Below, in pieces: positions 38,245-48,914 of a stretch of 64,000 nt of DNA (the first letter of the stretch is position 1; each line of letters begins with the position of its first letter). The notes under the pieces are model-generated. The model did not search any database. It had not been told where the DNA came from and saw nothing but the letters and a program-made list of their open reading frames with translations. A program made the position numbers and the translations under genes. The stretch comes from Mobula hypostoma (lineage: Eukaryota), in NCBI RefSeq assembly GCF_963921235.1, contig NC_086097.1:93808001-93872000 (forward strand), read 5' to 3'.

Positions 38245-38900
38245 CAACCGGTTTGTGCTCCCGGTGTGGCCTCCTGCATATCGATGACACCCGATGTAGA
38301 CTGGGAGACGGCTTCACCGAGCACCTTTGTTCCAACCGCCAGAGAAAGCAGGATCACCCAGTGGCCACCCATTTCAGTTCCACTTCCCATTCCCATTCCA
38401 ACAGGTCAGTCCATGGCCTCTACTGCCATAATGAAGCCACACTCAGGCAGAGGAGCCACACCTTATATTCCATCTGGGTAGCCTCCAACCTGATGGCATG
38501 AACATCGATTTCTCTAACTTTCGATAATGTCCCCCCACCCCTTCACCATTCCCCATTCCCATTTCCCTCTCTCACTTAATCTCCTTACCTGCCCATCACC
38601 TCCCTCTAGTGCTCCTCCCCTTCCCTTTCTTTCCTCTCCTATCGGATTCCACCTTCTCCAACCCTTTATCTCTTCACCAATCAACTTCCAAGCTCTTCAC
38701 TTCACCCCCTCCCCCTCCCCCTCCCAGTTTCACCTGTCACCTTGAACTTCTTCCTCCCCTCCATCCACCTCCTTATTCTGACTTCTTCCCTTCCTTTCTA
38801 GTCCTGATGAAGGGTCTGGGCCAGAAATGTTGACTGTGTACTCTTTTCCATTGATGCTGCCTGGCCTGCTGAGTTCCTCCAGCATTCTGTGTGTGTTGCG
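38245..38900 (+). mobile_element. Penelope-like element 3' fragment (GIY-YIG remnant plus terminal repeat with hammerhead-like core)
   Basis: CSRCGLLHIDDTRCRLGDGFTEHL..PVATHF is a decayed C..C..YIGET.R.L..RF.EH motif; CTGATGA..GAAA at 38804-38827. Confidence 0.8.
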
Positions 38901-39224
38901 TTGGCCTTCATTAGTAGGGGGATTAAGTTAATGTAGCAACCCTACAGCATTAAAACTCTGGTTGGACTATATTTGGGGTATCGTTCATTTCTGGTCACCT
39001 CATTATAGGAAGGATGTAGAAACTTTACAGAGGGTGCAGAGGAGATTTACCAGGATGCTGCCTTGTCTTATGAAGATAGGGCGAGCGAGCTAGGACTTTT
39101 CCCTTTGAATAGAAGGGAGGTGAGAGGTGACTTACTAGATGTGTACAAAATGGCAAGGGGCATGGACAGAGTGGAGAGCCGGAGACTTTTCCCAAGGCAG
39201 AGTCAGCTGATACAAGAAGGCGTC

Positions 39225-39665
39225 CTTGGACTCACTTTACACCGCACGCTGTTGGAGCAGTGCTGCCAGGATAATCAAGGACACAACCCACCCAGCCAAC
39301 ACACTTTTCGTCCCTCTTCCCTCCGGGAGAAGGCTCAGGAGCTTGAAGACTCGTACAGCCAGATTTGGGAACAGCTTCTTTCCAACTATGATAAGACTAC
39401 TGAATGGATCCTGACCCGGATCTGGGCCGTACCCTCCAAATATCCGGACCTGCATCTCGGTTTTTTTTTTGCACTACCTTACTTTCCATTTTTCTATTTT
39501 CTATTTATGATTTATAATTTAAATTTTCAATATTTACTAATTTTAATATTTTAAATATTTAATATTTGTAATCAAGGGAGTGGGAAGCGCAGAATCAAAT
39601 ATCGCTGTGATGATTGTACGTTCTAGTACCAATTGTTTGGTGACAATAAAGTATGAAGTATAACT
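39225..39665 (+). mobile_element. Rex1/L2-type LINE 3' fragment nested in an older CR1 fragment
   Basis: AARIIKDTTHPANTLFVPLPSGRRLRSLKTRTARFGNSFFP; AATAAA tail. Confidence 0.8.
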
Positions 39666-40304
39666 TTGAGGTGATTGGAGGATTGAGTAGGGGGAGGGAT
39701 GCCAGAGGTAGGTTTTATACAGAGTGGCGGATGCATGAAACACATTGGTGGGAGAGGCAGATACATTCGGGACATTTAAGAGACTCCTGGACGAATGAGA
39801 AATGGTAGGTTATGTGAAGGGAAGAGCTGGATCGATTTTGGGGTAGGTTAAAAGTTCGCTACGGCATTGTGAGCTGGAGGACCTCGACTGTGCTGTACTG
39901 TTCTATGTTCTGAAGTTCTAGCCAGCCCAGTCTCTCCCTGTAACTCAGGCCTTTGGGTTCTGGCAGTGTTCTCATAAATCGGCTTTCTACCCTTTCGAGT
40001 TTAGTGCCATCATTCCTTCAGCAAGGTGACCAAAAGTGTACACAGTAGTCCAAGTGTAGCCTCAGCAACATGTTGTCCCACTCCAGCACTGTTCTTTAAC
40101 TTCTTAACAGTGCTCCCTGATAACATACCAATATTCCTCGTGTGTTAGTGCAGTGGCTGGTTCAGAGCCTCCCCCAGTAACGCCGACTGAATATCTGCAC
40201 TTCACGCTAGTAGAATGCCATGCGTGTCAAAACTCCTGACACAAGGCGGAAGAGTGCCAGTGACGAGGTCTGGGTAAAAGTGCTCCTTTGTGTTAATGCG
40301 ATAG

Positions 40305-40475
40305 ATTCCGAATGTACAGAGCCTCTGAGCGTGGATGGGATCTCCTCCGACATGGAAGAGGAAGAGGATGAGCTCAGCAGGAGCTTCCCACGGGAGACAG
40401 TTGTGCCGAGAACCCCGGATCAGGAAAAGTTCCTGAAACAGCATTTTGGGACCTTGGCGGATGAGGGTGTTGGAG
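40305..40475 (+). CDS. MAPKBP1: MAPKBP1 coding exon DSECTEPLSVDGISSDMEEEEDELSRSFPRETVVPRTPDQEKFLKQHFGTLADEGVG
   Basis: gcgatag|AT ... G|gtaaga; phase 1 to 1; matches MAPKBP1 DSESTEPLSVDGISSDLEE and TPDQEQFLKQHFETLA. Confidence 0.96.
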
Positions 40476-40842
40476 GTAAGAATGTCTCTGCTTTGAGGAG
40501 GGAGGGAATGCATTTATGACAGATCTTCATTGCACTTTGTAATTTTTCAGGACTTTATCTCCTTCAGCAATGCATTGAGAGTGTCAGCCTAGATCTTGTG
40601 CTCAAATCTGTGGAGGGACAAACCCACATCCTTCTAACTGAGAGTCCAGAGCTCTTTATCACTGAGGCACAGCTAGTTCTACTGCCCTGACTGACTACAG
40701 GCTTGTAGCCAGTCTGCACGCTGTGCAGACCAGCCGAGTGTCTTTATCTGCTGGACGGGTGCTCTCAACACTTTGACCCACTTCTCCTTCCAGTGCTGTC
40801 CAGGGCTGCAGACTTAGCCCTTGACCACTAAGTAGGAGTGGC

Positions 40843-43459
40843 TTAGAGGGCTCATCTACTGAGTCCTTATGGGTGGAGCTGAGAAACAGGAAAGGTATGG
40901 CCACATTAGTGGGATTGTATTACAGACCACCTAATAGTCAACGAGACTTGGAAGAGCAAATCTGCAGAGAGATAGCAGGCAACTGCAGGAAACATAAAGT
41001 TGTGGTGGTAGGGGATTTTAATTTTCCATACATTGATTGGGACTCCCATACTGTTAGGGGTCTAGATGGTTTAGAGTTTGTAAAATGTGTTCAGGAAAGT
41101 TTTCTAAATCAGTATATAGAGGGACCAACTAGAGGGGATGCAATATTGGATCTCCTGTTAGGAAACGAATTAGGGCAAGTGACAGAAGTCTGTGTAGGGG
41201 AGCACTTTGGTTCCAGTGATCATAACACCATTAGTTTCAATTTGATCATGGACAAGGATAGATCTGGTCCTAGGGTTGAGGTTCTGAACTGGAAGAAGGC
41301 CAAATTTGAAGAAATGAGAAAGGATCTAAAAAGCGTGGATTGGGACAGGTTGTTCTCTGGCAAGGATGTGATCGGTAGGTGGGAAGCCTTCAAAGGAGAA
41401 ATTTTGAGAGTGCAGAATTTGTATGTTCCTGTCAGGATTAAAGGCAAAGTGAATAGGAATAAGGAACCTTGGTTCTCAAGGGATATTGCAACTCTGATAA
41501 AGAAGAAGAGGGAGTTGTATGAAATGTATAGGAAACAGGGGGTAAATCAGGTGCTTGAGGAGTATAAGAAGTGCAAGAAAATACTTAAGAAAGAAATCAG
41601 GAGAGCAAAAAGAAGACATGAGGTTGCCTTGGCAGTCAAAGTGAAGGATAATCCAAAGAGCTTTTACAGGTATATTAAGAGCAAAAGGATTGTAAGGGAT
41701 AAAATTGGTCCTCTTGAAGATCAGAGTGGTCGGCTTTGTGCAGAACCAAAGGAAATGGGGGAGGTCTTAAATAGGTTTTTTGTGTCTGTATTTACTAAGG
41801 AAGCTGGCATGAAATCTATGGAATTGAGGGAATCAAGTAGTGAGACCATGGAAACTGTACAGATTGAAAAGGAGGAGGTACTTGCTGTCTTGAGGAAAAT
41901 TAAAGTGGATAAATCCCCGGGACCTGACAGGGTGTTCCCTCGGACCTTGAAGGAGACTAGTGTTGAAATTGCAGGGGCCCTGGCAGAAATATTTAAAATG
42001 TCGCTGTCTACGGGTGAAGTGCCGGAGGATTGGAGAGTGGCTCATGTTGTTCCGTTGTTTAAAAAAGGATCGAAAAGTAATCCGGGAAATTATAGGTCGG
42101 TGAGTTTAACGTCAGTAGTAGGTAAGTTATTGGAGGGAGTACTAAGAGACAGAATCTACAAGCATTTGGATAGACAGGGGCTTATTAGGGAGAGTCAACA
42201 TGGCTTTGTGCGTGGTAGGTCATGTTTGACCAATCTGTTGGAGTTTTTCGAGGAGGTTACCAGGAAAGTGGATGAAGGGAAGGCAGTGGATATTGTCTAT
42301 ATGGACTTCAGTAAGGCCTTTGACAAGGTCCCGCATGGGAGGTTAGTTAGAAAAATTCAGTCGCTAGGTATACATGGAGAGGTGGTAAATTGGTTTAGAC
42401 ATTGGCTCGATGGAAGAAGCCAGAGAGTGGTGGTAGAGAATTGCTTCTCTGAGTGGAGGCCTGTGACTACTGGTGTGCCACAGGGATCAGAGCTGGGTCC
42501 ATTGTTATTTGTCATCTATATCAATGATCTGGATGATAATGTGGTAAATTGGATCAGCAAGTTTGCTGATGATACAAAGATTGGAGGTTTTCAGAGCCTG
42601 CAGAGGGACTTGGACCAGCTGGAAAAATGGGCTGAAAAATGGCAGATGGAGTTTAATACTGACAAGTGTGAGGTATTGCACATTGGAAGGACAAACCAAG
42701 GTAGAACATACAGGGTTAATGGTAAGGCACTGAGGAGTGCAGTGGAACAGAGGGATCTGGGAATACAGATACAAAATTCTCTAAAAGTGTCATCACAGGT
42801 AGATAGGGTCGTAAAGAGAGCTTTTGGTACATTGGTCTTTATTAATCGAAGTATTGAGTATAAGAGCTGGAATGTTATGATGAGGTTGTATAAGGCATTG
42901 GTGAGGCCGAATCTGGAGTATTGTGTTCAGTTTTGGTCACCAAATTACAGGAAGGATATAAATAAGGTTGAAAGAGTGCAGAGAAGGTTTACAAGGATGT
43001 TGCCGGGACTTGAGAAACTCAGTTACAGAGAAAGGTTGAATAGGTTAGGACTTTATTCCCTGGAGCGTAGAAGAATGAGGGGAGATTTGATAGAGATATA
43101 TAAAATTATGATGGGTATAGATAGAATGAATGCAAGCAGGCTTTTTCCACTGAGGCAAGGGGAGAAAAAAACCAGAGGACATGGGTTAAGGGTGAAGGGG
43201 GAAAAGTTTAAAGGGAACATTCGGGGGGGCTTCTTCACACAGAGAGTGGTGGGAGTATGGAATGAGCTGCCAGACGAGGTGGTAAGTGCGGGTTCTTTTT
43301 TAACATTCAAGAATAAATTGGACAGATACATGGATGTGAGGTGTATGGAGGGATGTGGTCCGTGTGCAGGTCAGTGGGACGAGGCAGAAAATGGTTCAGC
43401 ACAGCCAAGAAGGGCCAAAGGGCCTGTTTCTGTGCTGTAGTTTCTATGGTTTCTATGGT
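40843..43459 (+). mobile_element. Young 5'-truncated CR1 LINE; ORF2 open over 855 codons (partial APE plus RT)
   Basis: YYRPPNS, VGDFNFP, GSSDHN, DFSKAFDKVPH, GVPQGS, FADD; (TTCTATGGT)2 tail; near-identical to 50166-52809. Confidence 0.97.
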
Positions 43460-43669
43460 ACACTGATTGGCTTTGACTGTGGCTGAGGACAATGGGGAAA
43501 TAAGCTGCCTACCTTCCTACATCACTGGCCGCTGGCAGTGTGCTTAATGATTGCCTGAAAGGTCTCAGTCCAACCCTTCACAGTCAGACGGCCCCCAGGT
43601 TGCCCTACCGGAGCCCACTGGACAACAATGTTTTTCAAAGGCTTTGCTTCCTCAGAAATTTTTTTGTTT

Positions 43670-44452
43670 ATCAGAATCCTTTATTATCGCCAAGTATGTG
43701 GACACATACAGGGAATTTGATGCCGGTTTCCCTGAGCTCTCGCTGTACAGAATCAAAAAGCAAACAAAACAATAGTGCAAATAATCGTTAACTATATACA
43801 ATGAGGTATACTTGTGTATGGACAGGTGGACTTGGTTTATAATAGACTAAAATTCAAGTGTTCATAAGACTGATGGCATACGGAAAGAAACTGTTCTTGT
43901 ACCTATTTGTCCTGGCATACAGTGATCTGAAGCGCCTACCAGAAGGAAGGAGTTGGAACAGGTGATGTCCAGGGTGTGATGGGTCTACAATGATGCTACT
44001 TGCTCACTTCCTGACTCTAGATGCATATAAGTCCTGGATCGAGGGCAGCTTCACATCAATAATCCTTTCTGCAGCCCTGACGGTTCTTTGGAGTCTATTC
44101 TTGTCTTGTTTGGTAACTGATCCAAACTAGACAGTGATGGACGAACAGAGAACAGACTGGATCATTCCTGAATAGAATTGAATCAGCAGCTCCTGAGGCA
44201 GGTTGTACCTCCTGAGTTGGCATAGGAAATACAATCTCTGCTGAGCCTTTTTGATCAGAGTGTCCACGTTGGGTGTCCACTTCAGGTCCTGGGAGATTGT
44301 GACACCCAGAAACCTGAAGGTCTCCACAGCAGACACAATACTGTTGAGTATAGTGAGTGGGGGGAGTATTGGGGGGCTCCTCCTGAAGTCCACTGTCATC
44401 TCCACAGTCTTGAGCGTATTTAGCTCCAGATTGTTCTGACCACACCAGAGGG
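43670..44452 (-). mobile_element. Rex1-like LINE 3' fragment
   Basis: EMTVDFRRSPP..FRFLGVTISQDLKW..KKAQQRLYFL. Confidence 0.85.
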
Positions 44453-44639
44453 CCTCTTGAAGATAGACTCTTTATGATAGACCTCTTGAAGCTGAACACA
44501 GATATAATTTCAGACCTCTTGTATCACATAGGAATTTGGAGAAATGAGAAATTAACTTTTATTAAATATAATGCATTTAATTGTATAACAGTGCTGACAC
44601 CTTGCAATAGTTCAACTAAGCTAAAAATGTTTTGTTGAT

Positions 44640-45004
44640 GATTTTCATTTGTACTCGGTGTCACTTCAGTCTCCAACAATAATCAGCCAGCATTGATGGA
44701 TTCCAGTTGCCCTGATACCGTTTCTCCATGACCACAATGTCCCGGTGAAACCTTCCACCATGCTCGTCACTGACAGCGCCAAGAGTTGCAGGGAGGAAGT
44801 CTAAATGGGAATGCAGAAAATAAATCCTTAGTGACATGCTGCACTTCATGGTTTCAGCTTACAGTGGACTTGAATTATGAATTGAAATAACAAATATAGG
44901 GATTTTTTTTTGTGGTGTTTGATAGGGAAATTGCACGGTGGTTTTTGTGACCAGCAGCCAAACATCCAAAAGTATTCAGGAAGCAAGATCTTTATTGTCC
45001 AGTG
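44640..45004 (-). mobile_element. Chapaev3-like (CMC) DNA transposon deletion derivative
   Basis: Minus-strand terminus CACTGGACAATAAA at 45004; transposase C-terminal remnant MSLRIYFLHSHLDFLPATLGAVSDEHGGRFHRDIVVMEKRYQGNWNPSMLADYCW. Confidence 0.7.
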
Positions 45005-45261
45005 TAATGACACCTGTGCAAAGAGCGCAAAAGGCACAGGACTGAGCGTAGCTTTTGGGAGAGGAGGGTAGGTGACTACTGAACTCTGCCGTTGGTTAGC
45101 ATTGTCCACTTCAGCAGAGAGCTTCAAGGACGACGGACCTGGAGTCTCCACGTCATGTGGTGTATCAGGCCCCGTGGGTTATGACTCTGTCCCTGACTCG
45201 GAAGCTGCAGACACAGGAGCACAGTAATCTAGTTGATCCTTTAGTCCGGCCATAGGGTTCA

Positions 45262-45632
45262 TACGTTCGTTATGTGCTGTGCTGAATGACGTGGGCGATG
45301 GTGATCTTTCTATGACTATGATTGTTCTTGGCAAATTTTTCTTTAGAAGTGGTTAGCCATTGCCTTCATCTGGGCAGTGTCTTTACAAGATGGGTGACCT
45401 CATCCCATTATCAACACTCCTCAGGGATTGTCTGCCTGGAGTCAGTGGTCACATAACCAGGACTTGTGATCTGCACCAGCTGCTCATACGACCATCTCAT
45501 GGCTTCATGTGATCCTGATCGGGGGGCTAAGCAGGTGCCATGCCTTGCCCAAGGGTGGCCTGCAGACTAGCAGAGGGAAGGAGAGCCCTACACCTCCTTT
45601 GGTGGAAGTGTATCTGTACCCTGGCACCCCAC
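45262..45632 (-). mobile_element. RTE-tailed SINE-like element
   Basis: Reverse complement of 17150-17531. Confidence 0.75.
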
Positions 45633-46077
45633 CGGTCACAGAGGGGTGCTGCAGATCTCTCCGTTGGTTGGAATGTTTAAGCAGAGACTTTGCTGCCATC
45701 ACAAGTGGATGTACAAGATCCCAGGACACTGTCCTGAAGAAGCACAGGGTGATCTCTATCGTAGTCTGGCCAACATTCATCCCCCAATGAATATCACTAA
45801 GAACGGATTGTCTCATCATTTTGATGCAGCTGTCTGCAGGAGCCATGTGTGGAATTGGACCCTGTATTTCCTACACTAATGTCTATACTTTGGACATTAT
45901 TTTTTGTACATAAAATACTTTGTAAGTTATAGAAGGGATATGTTAGATGTTATTGTATTTGCATGCAAGAGTTTCTGTTTGTCTGTCCTGTGCCATCTGA
46001 GATTGGTACATGAACCTACTCCATGTTTCCCTCAACACTGGTCACCCTTTCTTTTAAAAACGTCTGTTGTGTCACAG

Positions 46078-46201
46078 TGAAAGCTGACCACTGGCTGGAA
46101 AAGCCAAAGTCACTGTCGGTGGGAGACACTGAGGAACTGCTAAACCCTCGACTGAGCATTTCTGCGAGATTCCTCTCTCGATCGTTAACTTCAAGTTTCA
46201 G
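46078..46201 (+). CDS. MAPKBP1: MAPKBP1 coding exon VKADHWLEKPKSLSVGDTEELLNPRLSISARFLSRSLTSSFR
   Basis: gtgtcacag|TG ... AG|gtcagt; phase 1 to 2; SISARFL matches the family motif SIS(S/T)(R/Q)FL. Confidence 0.88.
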
Positions 46202-47072
46202 GTCAGTGGGGGAAAATTGTCATGTAGGATGTGTAATTAATTCAGGAGTTGAATCATCTTGGGAGTGTGTGCTGCTACAAAAGGGTGCCCGACACATTAT
46301 GGTCGGGATTCAGAAGGCTACAACCAGCAGACCAATATACTGTATGTGATGTAGGATTTCACTCTCCATAACCAGGTGTCCCACACTGTGGCTCCCTCTA
46401 AACGAGCTTCCACTACAGTGCCCCGTAACTGAAGGTCCAGCACTCCAGTGTGCCAGACTCACATCTCCAACGCTGTACTGCAGGGCTACCCTGCCACATA
46501 GACAAAGTCCAAAATGCAGTAACTGAGTTTCTGGGACGTTACTGTGGAGCCCCAGAGCCCGTTATGACAGGCCAGCACCAATAAAGGCTCCAGCCCACCC
46601 TCAGCGCCAGTTCAACATTGAATACTTGGGCTACAGTCTCTGAATGTGTGGCTGTGTGACTGCTGGTTGCTTTTCAGTACTCAACACGCGTGTGTAACTC
46701 AGCTCCTATTAAAAGAAGCCAAATGCTTTCCTCTTAAATTAGTAAAACCTCAGAACTGAACTTCCAGGCCCTCTGACTGGCAGTCCATTGACTGACAAGG
46801 TGCTTTCCATAACTGAGTGAGACTGTATCACTCTCACCTGTAAACCATGACGTGGTCCACTTAAAAATCCAACCCTGCATGTGGAGTTTGGAAAACAGTC
46901 CAACTAAGGCTTTATGTCGTTTGCCTTGGAGATAATTACCAGAAGCTGGGAAACAGATCAATGAATTTGCCAAAGATGATCAGTAAGGGTCTCTTTTCCT
47001 GTTTTAATTGTGAGATTCCCCAAATGCTATTTCACTACATAGTTACACTGTTGACATTTTTTGTGTTATTAG

Positions 47073-47250
47073 GAACTCGCCAACTCATACCTCCAAGCTC
47101 TTGCAGAATGGAGAGGTCGGACCCATTCAGTTGACAGTTCCTACCTCAGAGCCGGAAGGGAAGGAGGTCTTCACGGTGAAGAGAGAGAGCAGCAGGCATG
47201 AGCTTCAGAGGCCAGAGGAAGCAGTAAAATACCAGAAACACCCTGATGAA
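47073..47250 (+). CDS. MAPKBP1: MAPKBP1 coding exon NSPTHTSKLLQNGEVGPIQLTVPTSEPEGKEVFTVKRESSRHELQRPEEAVKYQKHPDE
   Basis: ttttgtgttattag|G ... GAA|gtaagt; supplies the required phase 2 to 0 link; open frame but poorly conserved. Confidence 0.75.
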
Positions 47251-47623
47251 GTAAGTACTGAATTACAGTGACCTCTTCTTAACCGCTGGCTTTACTTGTA
47301 TTTAAATCACCACTTCTGATTCTGCTGTGGTCAAGGCTCTGGAGAACACATAGAGGAGCTTCAACTGAATAGTCAGGGATAAAGGATTTCATTGACATAA
47401 AGATGTCCAGGAGATAGGGGCTGCTTGGGAATGATCCATTACCAGTGCTGAAACTAATGCTGGGTTTCAGGTTGAGTAAATAAGGAGAAACCTATCAATG
47501 GCAGGGAGCATGGTAACGGGAATATTTAAGGTAAGTACCAAAGCAACCAGGGGGTAGATGAGAAAGTAATTGTTCAACTTGGTGAGTAGTTGTGGTCTTC
47601 CATTCACCACCTGAAAGATTTAG

Positions 47624-48011
47624 TCATCATCATCATCATCATCATGTGACATGGTGAATGACGTAGATGACCGTGGTGACCACGATTGTTTTTGGCAAAT
47701 TTCTCTACAGAAGTGGTTTGCCATTGCTGCCTTCTGGGCAGTGCCTTTACAAGACAGGTGACCCCCGCCGTTATCAAGACTCTTCAGAGATTGTCTGCCT
47801 GCCGTTAATGGCTGCATAACCGGGACTTGTGATATGCACCAGCTGCTCATACGACCATCCGCCACCTGCTCTCGCGGCTTCACGTGACCCTGATCTGGGG
47901 TAGGGGTCTAAGCAGGTGCTACACCTTGCCCAAGGGTGATCTGCAGGCTGGCAGGGGGAAGGAGCACCTTACACCTCCTTTGGTAGAGACAGATCTCCAC
48001 CCTGCCACCCA
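47624..48011 (-). mobile_element. RTE-tailed SINE-like element with (ATG)n tail
   Basis: Reverse complement of 17150-17531; (CAT)n on + at 47624-47645. Confidence 0.78.
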
Positions 48012-48438
48012 GAAATATTTAGTAGAGACTTTTAAAGGCTAATTGGATGAATATTTAAAAGTTGTAGAAAGATTACAGTTCAATGGGGAAAGAGCAGGAT
48101 CAAATGAACAGCTATTCAAAAGAACCAGCATGGGCATGAGAGACCAAATAACCTTGAATATATTGTTTTCTTTAAGTGAAATTCGTCGTGTTTAATTGAC
48201 CTGATAAACTACTAATGTGGGAGGTTGTTTATAGAAGACAACAGAAGCAATGTGCTTATAGACAAATGATTGCAGGCAAAATGAAAACTTTCACATTCAT
48301 GACCCTTGGAGCACTGATATCACACAGCTTGGGAGGGATTGGCCAGTCAGTCCGTCAGAGACTTCATGGAAACATGTTTGTGTTTATCTTTGAGCACCTC
48401 TGCTAAGATATTACCTTGTCTTCTGTCTTTTCCTGCAG

Positions 48439-48688
48439 CTTACGGCAAACCTGAATTCAACCCCATGTAAAATCTCAGTGAAAACCTCACCCCGAACGGA
48501 ATCCAGTCTTGTTCCAACATCTGTCAGAGCAATACACACCCAGAGAAAACGAAGCCTGGCTCTGGAGACACGGAAAGTATCTGTGGTGTCAGTAAAAGGA
48601 CAGTCTTCCTCAGCACTTCCCAGTCCAGCTGCATCGCCCAGTCCATCCATCAGAAAGTCCCAATCAGTCCATGACTTGATTCATGAAG
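48439..48688 (+). CDS. MAPKBP1: MAPKBP1 coding exon LTANLNSTPCKISVKTSPRTESS...SPSIRKSQSVHDLIHE
   Basis: ttttcctgcag|CTT ... G|gtaagg; phase 0 to 1; RKSQSVHDL matches MAPKBP1 QKAQSVHSL. Confidence 0.88.
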
Positions 48689-48914
48689 GTAAGGAAAAAG
48701 ATGATGCACCAAAACGACGAAAAACTTTCACTTGTTCCTGTCTACTGGGCTGTGCAAACGCCAGAAGTTTCGAATTGGACTCTTTCCAAACAAAGAATTA
48801 GTAAGAGAAAGATCTCCTATTCAAATGTGTCTCAGATTGTAGCCATCCTGACAACAGTGTGGGAATAATCAGTCAAATGGATGAAAGATGTGTTCTGTGC
48901 AATAAACTGAGCCC

